Origin: an uncultured delta proteobacterium
GTDB taxonomy: Bacteria; Desulfobacterota; Desulfuromonadia; Geobacterales; DSM-12255
Direction of reading: 5' to 3'
Assembly: GCA_963787125.1 (NCBI GenBank)
Contig: CAWBBV010000018.1
Location: 1-64,000 of the forward strand
DNA length: 64,000 bases
Shown: in pieces, positions 29,040 to 39,501 of the stretch
How the letters are laid out: every line of letters begins with the position of its first letter
How positions within the stretch are numbered: position 1 is the stretch's first letter
Program-made: the position numbers and the translations under genes
Notes under the pieces: model-generated
What the model was told of the DNA's origin: nothing
What the model saw: only the letters and a program-made list of their open reading frames with translations
Database searches by the model: none

Positions 29040-31475
29040 ATGAAAATACAGATTACCAGAATTATTACGTCTGTTTCTGCTGTCGCTCTGTTCATGGGCA
29101 GCACAGGGACTGCAACTGCAGCGCAGACAGAACCCGATCGCACCATCCTGCCGATTCAGGAATCGAAGCGGCCGTTTATCAAGGAACTGGACGTGCGCAA
29201 CGTGAAGACGCCGCCCCACACCGAGGTCAAGGCACCTGTCGGAGCGCCGAACGTGGTCATCATCCTGATTGACGATCTGGGCTTCGGTGCTACCGGCACC
29301 TTTGGCGGCCCGATCCGGACGCCGACCCTGGAGCGGCTGGCTGAGAACGGCCTGCGCTACAACAATTTCCACACGACAGCGCTCTGCTCGCCGACCCGGG
29401 CCGCACTCAAGTCCGGTCGTAATCACCACATGGTCAACATGGGGTTTATCACCGAGATGGCCACCGGCTTTCCGGGGGCCACCGGCCAGATCCCCAATAC
29501 CACGGCCCCGGTGGCGGAAATGCTCCGCCTCAACGGCTACAACACGGCGGCCTTCGGCAAATGGCACGAGACCGCCGCCTGGGAGACCAGCGTCTCCGGC
29601 CCCTTTGACCGCTGGCCGACCCAGCAGGGGTTTGACAAGTTCTATGGCTTCATCGGCGGCGAAACGAACCAGTGGGCGCCCTATCTTTATGATGGCGTCA
29701 CTCAGGTCGAGCTGCCCAATGATCCGAACTACCATTTCATGACCGACATGACCGACAAGGCGGTGGCCTGGATCAAGTTCCAGAAGGCCATCACCCCGGA
29801 CAAACCGTTCTTCATCTATTTTGCACCGGGGGCCACCCACGCGCCGCACCATGTTCCCAAGGAGTGGATCACCAAGTGGCAGGGGAAATTTGACCAGGGG
29901 TGGGACAAGATGCGGGAAGAGACCTATGCCAGTCAGCTGAAAAACGGCATCATTCCTCCCGGCACGAAGCTGGCCCCGAAACCGCAAGCGATCAAGGCGT
30001 GGGACAACCTGTCCGCTGACGAAAAGCGCCTCTTCAGCCATCAGATGGAAGTTTTCGCCGCCTATCTCGATTTCACCGACAGCGAAATCGGCCGGCTGCT
30101 TGCTGCTGTCAAAGAAACCGGCGAGGCTGATAACACCCTCGTCTTCTACATCGCCGGCGATAACGGCGCCAGCGCCGAAGGTGGCGAGAACGGCATGTTC
30201 AATGAGTACACCTATTTCAATGGTGTCCATGAGACCGTACCCGAAATGCTGAAGGTCATCGACAAGTGGGGCGGTCCGGAAACTTATCCGCACTATGCTG
30301 CCGGTTGGGCGGTCGCCATGGATTCCCCTTTCACCTGGACCAAGCAGATGGCTTCCGATTTCGGCGGCACCCGCAACGGCATGGTGATCAGCTGGCCCAA
30401 GGGAATAAAGTCCAAGAACGGCATTCGCAGCCAGTTCGGCCATGTCATTGATATCGCGCCTACTATCCTGGAAGCTGCCGGCCTGCCGCAGCCGAAAGTG
30501 GTGAACGGTACGCCGCAGATTCCAATCCAGGGGACCAGCCTTATCTACTCGTTTGACAACGCCAAGGCGAAAGAACGCCACACCACGCAATACTTCGAGA
30601 TCGCCGGCAACCGCGCTATCTATAACGACGGCTGGTTGGCGCGCACCATCCACCGGGCGCCGTGGGAGAAGACACCGCGCGCTACCCTGCAGAAGGATGT
30701 CTGGGAGCTCTATGATGTTCGCAATGATTACAGCCTGACGGTTGATCTGGCCGCCAAAAACCCGAAAAAGCTGAAAGAACTACAGGCGCTCTTTATGAAA
30801 GAGGCGGAGAAAAACCATGTTCTCCCCATCGACGACCGGCTCTTCGAGCGCGCCCTGGCTGAGATGGTCGGCCGCCCCGACCTGATGGCCGGGCGCACCT
30901 CCCTGACCCTGGCCGAAGGGATGACCGGCATGATGGAGAACGTCTTCATCAGCGTCAAGAACAAGTCCAAGACCATTACCGCCGAGGTTGAAGTGCCTGC
31001 CGGCGGCGGCAACGGCGCTATTCTCGTCCAGGGTGGCCGTTTTGGCGGCTGGGCACTCTATGTCAAGGATGGTGTGCCTGCATATGACTACAATTTCCTC
31101 GGTTTGCAGCGCTATTCGGTTGCCGCCACCAAGCCGCTCGCTCCCGGCAAGGCGACCATCAAGTTCGACTTCGCCTATGATGGTGGCGGACTCGGCAAGG
31201 GCGGTCTCGGCACCCTCTATGTCAATGGCGAGCAGGTCGCCCAGGGGCGGATCGAGCATACCCAGCCGATGATCTTCTCGGCCGATGAAACAGCTGACGT
31301 GGGTATCGATCTTGGCACGCCGGTGGTTGAGGCGATCGGCTCGGAAGCAAGGTCGAAGTTCACCGGTAAAATTTCCAAAGTGATGGTTGAGGTGAAGCCG
31401 ATGGCAGTGCCGGATAAAGCTGCGGCTGAAAAGGCACAGAAGGCTGCGGCGAAGAAGAAGGTGCTGTCTGACTGA
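29040..31475 (+). CDS. exported arylsulfatase (Cys-type, CSPTR) with C-terminal extension
   Basis: PNVVIILIDDLG, LCSPTRAAL, GKWH, GDNG; signal peptide. Confidence 0.93.
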   Translation: MKIQITRIITSVSAVALFMGSTGTATAAQTEPDRTILPIQESKRPFIKELDVRNVKTPPHTEVKAPVGAPNVVIILIDDLGFGATGTFGGPIRTPTLERLAENGLRYNNFHTTALCSPTRAALKSGRNHHMVNMGFITEMATGFPGATGQIPNTTAPVAEMLRLNGYNTAAFGKWHETAAWETSVSGPFDRWPTQQGFDKFYGFIGGETNQWAPYLYDGVTQVELPNDPNYHFMTDMTDKAVAWIKFQKAITPDKPFFIYFAPGATHAPHHVPKEWITKWQGKFDQGWDKMREETYASQLKNGIIPPGTKLAPKPQAIKAWDNLSADEKRLFSHQMEVFAAYLDFTDSEIGRLLAAVKETGEADNTLVFYIAGDNGASAEGGENGMFNEYTYFNGVHETVPEMLKVIDKWGGPETYPHYAAGWAVAMDSPFTWTKQMASDFGGTRNGMVISWPKGIKSKNGIRSQFGHVIDIAPTILEAAGLPQPKVVNGTPQIPIQGTSLIYSFDNAKAKERHTTQYFEIAGNRAIYNDGWLARTIHRAPWEKTPRATLQKDVWELYDVRNDYSLTVDLAAKNPKKLKELQALFMKEAEKNHVLPIDDRLFERALAEMVGRPDLMAGRTSLTLAEGMTGMMENVFISVKNKSKTITAEVEVPAGGGNGAILVQGGRFGGWALYVKDGVPAYDYNFLGLQRYSVAATKPLAPGKATIKFDFAYDGGGLGKGGLGTLYVNGEQVAQGRIEHTQPMIFSADETADVGIDLGTPVVEAIGSEARSKFTGKISKVMVEVKPMAVPDKAAAEKAQKAAAKKKVLSD

Positions 31476-31548
31476 GCCGTTTTTTGCGGGAGAAAAGAGT
31501 TGAGCCGCTCACGAAATCATAACCATAACAGTGAGGGGAAGGAAACCA

Positions 31549-33066
31549 ATGAGAATTTTCAGAATGTTTAAGGCCGGCCTGATGGCAGTGTTGGTACTCA
31601 GCATTGCGCTTCCCTGCTTGGCAGAGCCATCCAGGATGAAGATGAGCACGACAATTCCACCGGGGATTGAGATGCCGGACAAGGTGGAGACCCGTCTGGG
31701 GACGCTCAAGTTCTTCGACGGCTTCCCGGACAATGCTTCAGTCGAAAAGCTCTACGACAATCTCGACTTCCAGCGCGCCGTTCAGGCCTATCTGCTCGCG
31801 CTGCCACCGGTGAACCAGGTGGCGAATCGCAAGGCGATGCGAGAGGTGGGGCCGGACAACACAACGGTGCCGATCTTCGAAACCATGATGAACGCCCGCT
31901 CGATCTTCCTGACCCCGAACAATAACACGCCCTACACCTGGTTCTGGCTCGACCTGCGCAACGGGCCGCTGGTCCTAGAAGTGCCGCCCAAAGTCCTCGG
32001 GCTGATTGACGACATGTGGTATCACTTTGTCACCGATGTGGGCATGGTGGGGCCGGACAAGGGCGAGGGCGGCAAGTATCTGCTCCTGCCTCCCGGTTAT
32101 AAGGGCGAAGTCCCCGAAGGGTACTTTGTGGTGCGGCCGGCGACGTTCAGTGTCTGGGTGCCCTGGCGCACATTCCTGGAAAACGGCGACCCGAAACCGA
32201 GTGTAGACCGGGTGAAGAAGCTCACGAAGATCTATCCGCTATCCCAGGCCGCCAATCCGCCGACCCTGAACTTCGTCAACGTTTCCGGCAGGGATTTCAA
32301 CTCCGATGCCCCGGCGGACTATCCTTTCTGGGAATATCTCAACCAGGTGGTCCAGGAAGAGCCGACGGATTCCATTGACCCGGTTACCCTTGGTTACTGG
32401 GCCTCCATCGGTATTCAGAAGGGGAAACCTTTTAATCCGGATGCGCGGATGAAAAAAATTCTCACCGAGGCGGCGCTGGTGGGCGACGCGACAGCCCGTG
32501 CTGTCATGTACCGCTGGCGGACTCCCGAGGGATACTATTATCCGGATACAAAAAGCGCTTGGCGGCTGGGGTTTGTTGGCGGTTACAAGTTTGAGGAGAA
32601 CGGGGCGCGAAATCTTGACGCATACTCGGGATTTTTCTTCTACGCCACCGGTGTAACGCCGGCCATGGATTCCAAAATGGTCGGGCAAGGGTCGCAGTAC
32701 ATGGCGGCCTTTGTTGACTCCAAGAGCAAACCGCTGGACGGCGGCAAGAGCTACAAACTTCATCTGCCACCCAACATCCCGGTTGCCAACTTCTGGTCGG
32801 TGATCCTCTACGACAACCAGACCCGCGCGATGCTGCAGACCGACCAGCAGTGGCCGGCGGTCAGCAGTCAGACTAAAGGGCTCCGGGTTAATCCGGACAG
32901 TTCAGTGGACATCTATTTCGGACCGAAAGCGCCAAAAGGGAAGGAGAGCAACTGGGTGCAGACGGTTCCCGGCAAGGGCTGGAACACGCTCCTGCGCCTC
33001 TACGGTCCGCTTCAACCGTGGTTCGACAAGACCTGGCGACCGGGAGAGATTGAAATGGTGAAGTGA
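31549..33066 (+). CDS. DUF1254/DUF1214 exported protein
   Basis: TPNNNTPY, GPDKGEGGKYLLLPPGY, FWSVILYD, LRLYGP motifs. Confidence 0.88.
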   Translation: MRIFRMFKAGLMAVLVLSIALPCLAEPSRMKMSTTIPPGIEMPDKVETRLGTLKFFDGFPDNASVEKLYDNLDFQRAVQAYLLALPPVNQVANRKAMREVGPDNTTVPIFETMMNARSIFLTPNNNTPYTWFWLDLRNGPLVLEVPPKVLGLIDDMWYHFVTDVGMVGPDKGEGGKYLLLPPGYKGEVPEGYFVVRPATFSVWVPWRTFLENGDPKPSVDRVKKLTKIYPLSQAANPPTLNFVNVSGRDFNSDAPADYPFWEYLNQVVQEEPTDSIDPVTLGYWASIGIQKGKPFNPDARMKKILTEAALVGDATARAVMYRWRTPEGYYYPDTKSAWRLGFVGGYKFEENGARNLDAYSGFFFYATGVTPAMDSKMVGQGSQYMAAFVDSKSKPLDGGKSYKLHLPPNIPVANFWSVILYDNQTRAMLQTDQQWPAVSSQTKGLRVNPDSSVDIYFGPKAPKGKESNWVQTVPGKGWNTLLRLYGPLQPWFDKTWRPGEIEMVK

Positions 33067-33078
33067 ATCGTTCGCCGG

Positions 33079-33139
33079 CGTACACAACCGGTTGCAGCGG
33101 TCGGCGCGGACGCGCCGCCGCTGTACCGGGGCGCTGAAC
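33079..33139 (+). repeat. attC-like (59-base element) recombination site with decayed core sites
   Basis: CGTACAC-AACCG-GTTGCAGCGGTCGGCGCG-GA-CGCGCCGCCGCTGTAC-CGGGGC-GCTGAAC: 61-bp hairpin with two unpaired bases in the left arm. Confidence 0.7.
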
Positions 33140-33155
33140 AACTTAAAATAAACAA

Positions 33156-33971
33156 GTGAACTTGATGAGACGGAATAGTTTAATGCTTGTCACTTTTTTC
33201 AGTATTTTTTTGGCGACCATCACGATGTCTGCCGATGCTTCTGGTTGGGAAGAGATTGCCAAGGTTGGCCGGATTTTTAAAAGCGCTGGGGTAAATGGCA
33301 CTTTTGTTCTCTATGATGTTGACGCGCAAAAGTATATTGGCCATGACAGGATTCGAGCAGAGAAAAGATATGTTCCTGCTTCAACATTCAAGATTCCAAA
33401 TTCACTGATCGGACTTTCAACAGGTGCCGTGAAAAGTGTTGACGAAGTTCTACCATACAACGGGCCTCCGACCCCTTACATCAAGGCTTGGGGAAAGGAC
33501 ATGGGGTTACGCGAAGCCATTGTCATATCCAACGTCCCAATCTATCAGGAACTTGCCCGGCGCATAGGTCTTGAGCGTATGCGGGATAGTGTTGAGCGTA
33601 TGGATTACGGCAATAAAGAAATAGGCACTTCAGTAGATACTTTTTGGCTTAAAGGGCCACTCAAAATAAGTGCAATCGAGCAATCCAAATTCCTTGCCAA
33701 GCTGGCACAAAGCGCATTGCCAGTTCCCCATGATTTTCAGAGAAGTGTTCAAGAAATCTGCCTATTAGAAAAAGGATCAAACTGGAAACTTTATGGTAAA
33801 ACTGGCTGGGAAAACGCGCCTGGACAGGGAGTCGGTTGGTGGGTCGGCTGGGTTCAAAAAGATGGCCGTATTTATGCGTTTGCATTGAACATGGACATGC
33901 AGAAAGAATCAGATGGAAGCAAACGCATAGAACTTGGCAAGGCAAGCCTAAAAACTCTGGATATACTTTGA
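33156..33971 (+). CDS. class D (OXA-like) beta-lactamase
   Basis: STFK, SNV, YGN and KTG motifs plus signal peptide. Start may be 33165. Confidence 0.9.
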   Translation: MNLMRRNSLMLVTFFSIFLATITMSADASGWEEIAKVGRIFKSAGVNGTFVLYDVDAQKYIGHDRIRAEKRYVPASTFKIPNSLIGLSTGAVKSVDEVLPYNGPPTPYIKAWGKDMGLREAIVISNVPIYQELARRIGLERMRDSVERMDYGNKEIGTSVDTFWLKGPLKISAIEQSKFLAKLAQSALPVPHDFQRSVQEICLLEKGSNWKLYGKTGWENAPGQGVGWWVGWVQKDGRIYAFALNMDMQKESDGSKRIELGKASLKTLDIL

Positions 33972-34035
33972 GAGGTCCAACACTTATTGTACAGTTGATC
34001 GACCTGACGTGAAGTAACGGGGAGGCGTACAATCC

Positions 34036-35310
34036 ATGACATGGCTGCAGCGCTATAAACTGCGCAATTTTGTGCAATCCTCGCTCTGGCTGCCGTCCAT
34101 TCTCGCTGCCTTGCTGGCAGTGATCAGTCACCGGCTGGTCTGGAAGTTCAATCTCATGGTTCACTGGGAACTGCTCGGCTATTCCCTGGAGAGCGCCCGG
34201 GCAATTGTCAGTGCCATTAGTTCGGCCATGCTGACCTTTACTGTCTTTCTGATGTCGATGATCTTCCTTGCCATTCAGCTTGCTGTCGGCCAGTTGACAC
34301 CGCGCATCGTCGCCTTTGCTTTCCGTGACCGAGTTATCAAGCTGTCGCTGTCAGTTTTCACCTTTACCTACGTGTTTTCCATCAGTGCCCTCGGTCGGTT
34401 GGAAAGACCGGTGCCGGAACTGGTGGTACTGCTGACAATTCTCCTGTCAATTATCAGTATCGGCACCTTCCTCTTTTTTGTCGACTACATGGGAAAAGCG
34501 CTTCGCCCGATCAGTATCTGCGCCAGACTGGCCAATGCGGGCGTAGCGATCATCGAGTTCATTTATCCACGGCTGCCCGGTCAGAACCCTGGCGAACAGC
34601 AGGCAGCGAAGCAGCAGAAAATTGAGGGCGTTTGCCTGACAATCTTTCATGAAGGCCGTTCCGGAATCATCATGGCGTTTGATGCGCCGGGACTGCTCAA
34701 TCTGGCTGTGCTGCACAACTGCGTCATCAGGCTGGTTCCCCAGGTCGGCGACTTTGTCCCCACTGGCGATGCTCTATTCAGCATTTATCAGGGAGGGAAA
34801 ACCCTGGATTCCCGGCAACTGGGCCAGAGTCTGGTCTTCGGGGTGGAACGGACCACCGAGCAGGATCCGGAGTTTGTTTTCCGGATTATTGTCGATGTTG
34901 CCATCAAGGCACTTTCGCCGACAATCAACGATCCAACCACGGCCATTGCCTGCATTGACCAGCTGCATCGACTGCTACGCCGGGTTGGCGAACGTGATCT
35001 TGGCGATGGCTGCCTCCGCGACCGGGAGGGCACCGTGCGGCTGACCTTCCCGACTCCCGAATGGGAGGATTTTGTCCAGTTGGCCGTGACAGAGATACTC
35101 CAGTACGGTGCCGACAGCATTCAGGTTATCCGCCGGCTACGCGCCATGCTGGCCGACCTGCTGGCACAGCTGCCCGAAAAGCGGCATCCAGCAGTCAGAG
35201 CCCAGCTTGATTTGCTTGGCCGTATCATAGAGCAAAACTTCACCGATCCACTTGTCCGGGAATTTGCCATGTCCGGTGATTATATGGGGGTCGGCGGCGC
35301 CAGGCGGTAG
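34036..35310 (+). CDS. DUF2254-like membrane protein
   Basis: Four N-terminal TMs; RTTEQDP...DVAIKALSPTINDPTTA motif. Confidence 0.8.
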   Translation: MTWLQRYKLRNFVQSSLWLPSILAALLAVISHRLVWKFNLMVHWELLGYSLESARAIVSAISSAMLTFTVFLMSMIFLAIQLAVGQLTPRIVAFAFRDRVIKLSLSVFTFTYVFSISALGRLERPVPELVVLLTILLSIISIGTFLFFVDYMGKALRPISICARLANAGVAIIEFIYPRLPGQNPGEQQAAKQQKIEGVCLTIFHEGRSGIIMAFDAPGLLNLAVLHNCVIRLVPQVGDFVPTGDALFSIYQGGKTLDSRQLGQSLVFGVERTTEQDPEFVFRIIVDVAIKALSPTINDPTTAIACIDQLHRLLRRVGERDLGDGCLRDREGTVRLTFPTPEWEDFVQLAVTEILQYGADSIQVIRRLRAMLADLLAQLPEKRHPAVRAQLDLLGRIIEQNFTDPLVREFAMSGDYMGVGGARR

Positions 35311-35468
35311 GTAGTTGTTTTTAGGAAAGTTTTCCAGATATATTTGCCAGCCTGGGTATGGCTCAAGGAACGTAAATAAGTCGAACAGTCCAAGCTGAAC
35401 AACAAGTCCAGGGAGTAGCAGCACATGCTCTCCTCCTCGATTGTTTTTTCTACACAAAGGAGCCTGCC

Positions 35469-35804
35469 ATGGAAATCAGGAAAATAATTCTTCTTTCAAG
35501 TGCATTTCTCTGCTTGACTCTGCCCGCATTTGCAGACGATTCGCCGGCAGTAGTTTCAACTCAGGACAACTCTGGAGCAATGTCGGTCGATGAGACTCAG
35601 GGGAAGACATATGCGGTGGATTGCTATCAGGGGAATCCGGAAACAGGTCTGAACAGGGGCAGTCTGACCGTCACCTCACCAAGTGAGGCCGGTCCGGCCT
35701 GCAACTCCACTTATTACGACTGTCAGGACAAATGTTACGGGTGCTTTTACGGGGCGAACGGCAGGATCTGCGCCGACAGAAACGGCAGTACTTACCAAAG
35801 GTGA
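35469..35804 (+). CDS. small exported cysteine-rich protein
   Basis: AAGGAG RBS, signal peptide (PAFA), six Cys in the mature part. Confidence 0.7.
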   Translation: MEIRKIILLSSAFLCLTLPAFADDSPAVVSTQDNSGAMSVDETQGKTYAVDCYQGNPETGLNRGSLTVTSPSEAGPACNSTYYDCQDKCYGCFYGANGRICADRNGSTYQR

Positions 35805-36102
35805 CATTTTCAGGAAAAGTCTGGTGCTTCAACAGGGGTTGTGTCTCCAAAGCACAATTTTAATTTTGGAGACGCGGCCCCCGTTATTTGCTGGCCCCCA
35901 TTATTTGCTTAAGCAGACAGGAGTGTGCTGAAGCAGAGCATTTGTTTTGTGCAAAGTGGAATTGTATTATTTGAATATTCCATCCAATGAATTTAGCAGT
36001 GAGCATCAAACTGCCACTAGTTGCATTTATCCGGATTATGTTCTGCTATTATCCGGATTTTATGCTTACTAAAGATACACATCTGCTGAAATAATTGAGG
36101 TT

Positions 36103-38352
36103 GTGATGTCCAGACTTCTGTCCATAATTATCCTTCTACTTACGGTGCAGCCGATAACAGTTCTGGCCGCCCCGTCACCTGCCACTCCGGAAACGAAGCG
36201 GGTGTTAATTCTCTACAGTCTCGACAAGGGACACCCGGCCCATGGTTTGACCGAACAGGGGGTCAGCGAAGCATTGCAGGCGAACCGGCAGTTCAATGTT
36301 CAGCTCTTCAGCGAGTATCTGGATATGGGGCGGTTTCCCGATCCCGGCCAGGCCGGGGCAATGGCCGCTTTTCTGCGGCACAAATACAAAGGCTTCAAAA
36401 TTGACTGCATTATCACTATCTACCCATCCGCAATAGATTTTCTGCAGAATGAGGGGCGGGACTTTTTTCCTGACGTGCCGATAGTTGCCAGTGAGGTTTC
36501 TCGCAGTTACGCCGCGAAGCTGGAAAATTCTTCGCTGCGCCAGCGTCTTACCGCTACCATTATGGGAGAAAATATTGCCGGCGTGCTGGATGCGGCCCTG
36601 CGGATGAGGCCGGCTACGAAGCGGATTGCTCTGGTAGCCGGAGTTTCACCACTTGACCTGTATAATAACCAGATAATCCGTGACGGCCTGAAGCGGTATC
36701 CTGTTACCTTCGAACAGATCGATCTGACTCAGCTTTCCATGACGGAAACCCTGACTCGGGTGAGCAAGCTCCCGAGCGACACCATTATCTTCTACACGAG
36801 CATAATCAAGGACGCTGCCGGCGAGAGCTTCGCTCCAAGGGCGGCACTCATCCAGGTCTCTAAGGCTGCCAGTGCTCCAGTCTTCAGCCTCTATGACACC
36901 TATCTCGGTCACGGCATCGTTGGCGGCAGACTCGTCAGTTTTGAGATGCAGGGGAAGACTGCTGCTACACTGGCGTTGCGGATCATGGCCGGCGAATCAC
37001 CTGCGGCCATACCTTTTGGTGGTGATGACGCTTATGTTGATCACTACGACTGGCGGGAACTCACACGCTGGCATATCCCGCTTGACGCCATTCCTGCCGG
37101 CGCCGGGATCATCTATCGGCAGCTGACTCTTTGGGAAGAGTACCACTGGTTTGTCATCGGGGCGATTTCTCTGGCAACGGTGGAGGCGGGCCTCATTATC
37201 GTGCTCGTCATAAATCTCAGGCGCCGGAAAAAGGCTGAACAGGAACTGAGCGAAAGCCGGACTCAACTGAATCTCGCCGTTGAATCCGCAGCTGCGGGAC
37301 TCTGGAGTCTCGATATGGAAACCGGTCGATTCTGGACTACAGACAAGACCCTGGTAATGTATGGTTTTCTGCCGGGAGAAATGGTTAATCGAGAAAGCTT
37401 CCTGGCAATAGTCCATGCTGATGACCGGGAACTGGTTGTGCATACCATGGACAATGCGGTTCAGACCCGGATGCCGTTTAATCTGGAATACCGGATTACC
37501 CTCCCTGACGGAACTGTTCGATGGCTGGCTGTCAGAGGGTGCTTTAGCCCAAAGCCGGAAATGGCGGTCGGCCTTGCGGGCGCCGCCGTCGATATCACCG
37601 AGCGCAAACAGCTGGAGCTCGACCTCCAGCAAAAGCGCAACGAGTTGACCCACGTTGCCCGCGTCTCCATGGTGGGACAGCTTGCCTCTACGCTTGCCCA
37701 TGAATTGAACCAACCCCTCGGCGCCATTCTGCGCAATGCGGAGGCGGCTGAGCTTTTCCTGCAGGACCCGGCACCTGACCTTGACGAACTGCGTGCTATC
37801 ATGGCAGACATTCGCAAGGACGACCAGCGTGCCGGCGAGGTGATCGACCGGATGCGCGGCTTGATGAAGCAGCGTAAAGCCGAGCATTGCCCTCTCGACC
37901 TAAACCACTTGACGGGCGAGGTCATTGCCTTGGTGCAGGCAGATGCCAGAAAGCGCCATGTGCGGTTGACTCTGGATTTCGACACGGCCCTGCCACCCGT
38001 TCAATGTGACCTGGTGCAGTTGCAGCAGGTCTTGATCAATCTGCTGCTCAACGCCTTTGATTCACTTGAAGATAATCTGCCGGAGAGCCCTCTTGTTACT
38101 GTGTCGGTAAGGCCTGCGGGCGCAAAGGTTGAAATTGCGGTGAGTGACAACGGTTCCGGCATTGCGCCGGACAATATGCAACAGATTTTCAGCCCCTTCT
38201 TCACTTCCAAAACCAGCGGTCTGGGGATGGGGCTGGCTATTTCCCGAGGTATCGTTGAAGCTCACGGTGGGCAGCTCCGGGCAGAAAACAACGAGTCTGG
38301 CGGGGCGATCTTCACAATTTCTCTGCCAGTGGTGCAAGGCAACATGTCATGA
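36103..38352 (+). CDS. sensor histidine kinase (periplasmic binding-like domain, TM, PAS, HisKA, HATPase), FixL-like
   Basis: LAHELNQPL H-box, QQVLINLLLNA, DNGSG, GLGMGL. Confidence 0.93.
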   Translation: MMSRLLSIIILLLTVQPITVLAAPSPATPETKRVLILYSLDKGHPAHGLTEQGVSEALQANRQFNVQLFSEYLDMGRFPDPGQAGAMAAFLRHKYKGFKIDCIITIYPSAIDFLQNEGRDFFPDVPIVASEVSRSYAAKLENSSLRQRLTATIMGENIAGVLDAALRMRPATKRIALVAGVSPLDLYNNQIIRDGLKRYPVTFEQIDLTQLSMTETLTRVSKLPSDTIIFYTSIIKDAAGESFAPRAALIQVSKAASAPVFSLYDTYLGHGIVGGRLVSFEMQGKTAATLALRIMAGESPAAIPFGGDDAYVDHYDWRELTRWHIPLDAIPAGAGIIYRQLTLWEEYHWFVIGAISLATVEAGLIIVLVINLRRRKKAEQELSESRTQLNLAVESAAAGLWSLDMETGRFWTTDKTLVMYGFLPGEMVNRESFLAIVHADDRELVVHTMDNAVQTRMPFNLEYRITLPDGTVRWLAVRGCFSPKPEMAVGLAGAAVDITERKQLELDLQQKRNELTHVARVSMVGQLASTLAHELNQPLGAILRNAEAAELFLQDPAPDLDELRAIMADIRKDDQRAGEVIDRMRGLMKQRKAEHCPLDLNHLTGEVIALVQADARKRHVRLTLDFDTALPPVQCDLVQLQQVLINLLLNAFDSLEDNLPESPLVTVSVRPAGAKVEIAVSDNGSGIAPDNMQQIFSPFFTSKTSGLGMGLAISRGIVEAHGGQLRAENNESGGAIFTISLPVVQGNMS

Positions 38353-38969
38353 GTGAATCAGTTCCCCTTGTACGGATTGTAGATGACGACGCTTCTTTTC
38401 TGACAGCGGTTGCCAGAATGTTGCGCGCCGCCGGTTTCCAGGTGAAGACATTTACATCGGCAACTGAGTTTCTGCGCCAACCGGAACTTGACCAGCCCGG
38501 GTGCGTCATTGTTGATCTGCAAATGCCCGGCTTAAGCGGGCTTGAACTGCAGGCAGCGCTCGCGAAACTGGGATACGCGTTACCGGTCATTTTCCTCACC
38601 GGTCAGGGCGATATTCCGACGACCGTGCAGGCAATGCGGCTGGGTGCGGAGGATTTTCTGACAAAACTTGCCCCGAAAGAGGCTTTGCTTGACGCAGTGA
38701 ACCGGGCGATCAGCCGCGATGAGCGCGAGCGAACAGAACGTTCACGACTGGAACTTTTACAGGCGCGCTTCAGCACCATCACCCCGCGTGAAAGCGAAGT
38801 GTTGCAGCATGTTGTCCAGGGCAAGCTGAACAAACAGATAGCTGCTGATCTGGGCATCCATGAACGCACGGTAAAACTCCATCGTACCGCCATAAAAAAC
38901 AAGTTTAATGTCTACTCGACCGCAGAATTAACGAAGTTGTGGCTGGAGCTCGGCGACCACAACGCGTAG
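38349..38969 (+). CDS. FixJ-like response regulator (REC + LuxR HTH)
   Basis: VDDD, DLQMPG, ITPRESEVL...NKQIAADLGIHERTVKLHR. Confidence 0.93.
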   Translation: MSESVPLVRIVDDDASFLTAVARMLRAAGFQVKTFTSATEFLRQPELDQPGCVIVDLQMPGLSGLELQAALAKLGYALPVIFLTGQGDIPTTVQAMRLGAEDFLTKLAPKEALLDAVNRAISRDERERTERSRLELLQARFSTITPRESEVLQHVVQGKLNKQIAADLGIHERTVKLHRTAIKNKFNVYSTAELTKLWLELGDHNA

Positions 38970-39092
38970 TCCAAAACCGCTCACCAACCTTACCCTGAGC
39001 GGAGTCGAAGGGCTCCCACCCACATCCCGTCTGTTCCTACCTTCCCTAAAGGGCAGCTATACAAAAACTTTTAGTGTGTTATTGCTAATAGT

Positions 39093-39479
39093 ATGAATAG
39101 TGCCCGCAATATCTATATCGCTGTTATTGATGATGATTCCAGCGTCTGCCTTGCCATGAGCAGACTACTGCGGGCCGCTGGCTATCAGCCCATATCTTAT
39201 GGCTCGGCTGAAAATTTCCTTACGGATACGCATCGGCCGAAATTTGCCTGCCTGGTGCTCGATATCCAGCTCAACGGCATGTCCGGGCTTGAGCTGCGGT
39301 CACGGCTCATCGCCGTCAAGGATGTTACCCCGGTGGTCTTTATCACGGCGCAAGACAATCCGGAAATACGCGCACAGGCCGAGGCTGCTGCCTGTGCCGG
39401 CTACTTCCGTAAAACCGACTCGGGCAGTGATGTTCTTGCGGCCATCAATCGTGCGGTCGGGCCGGTGTCAGGTAGATGA
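39093..39479 (+). CDS. single-domain response regulator
   Basis: VIDDD, LDIQL, FITA motifs. Confidence 0.85.
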   Translation: MNSARNIYIAVIDDDSSVCLAMSRLLRAAGYQPISYGSAENFLTDTHRPKFACLVLDIQLNGMSGLELRSRLIAVKDVTPVVFITAQDNPEIRAQAEAAACAGYFRKTDSGSDVLAAINRAVGPVSGR

Positions 39480-39501
39480 AGTTTTTTCAGGAAAGAAACC
39501 T

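Noticed and set aside
28248..30653. 801-aa antisense ORF
   Set aside because: Shadow frame of the GC-rich fadL and sulfatase genes; no recognisable motifs.
39199..39501. N-terminal extension of anSME in the ORF track
   Set aside because: Overlaps the receiver-domain gene; the anSME-like sequence begins after ATG 39502.
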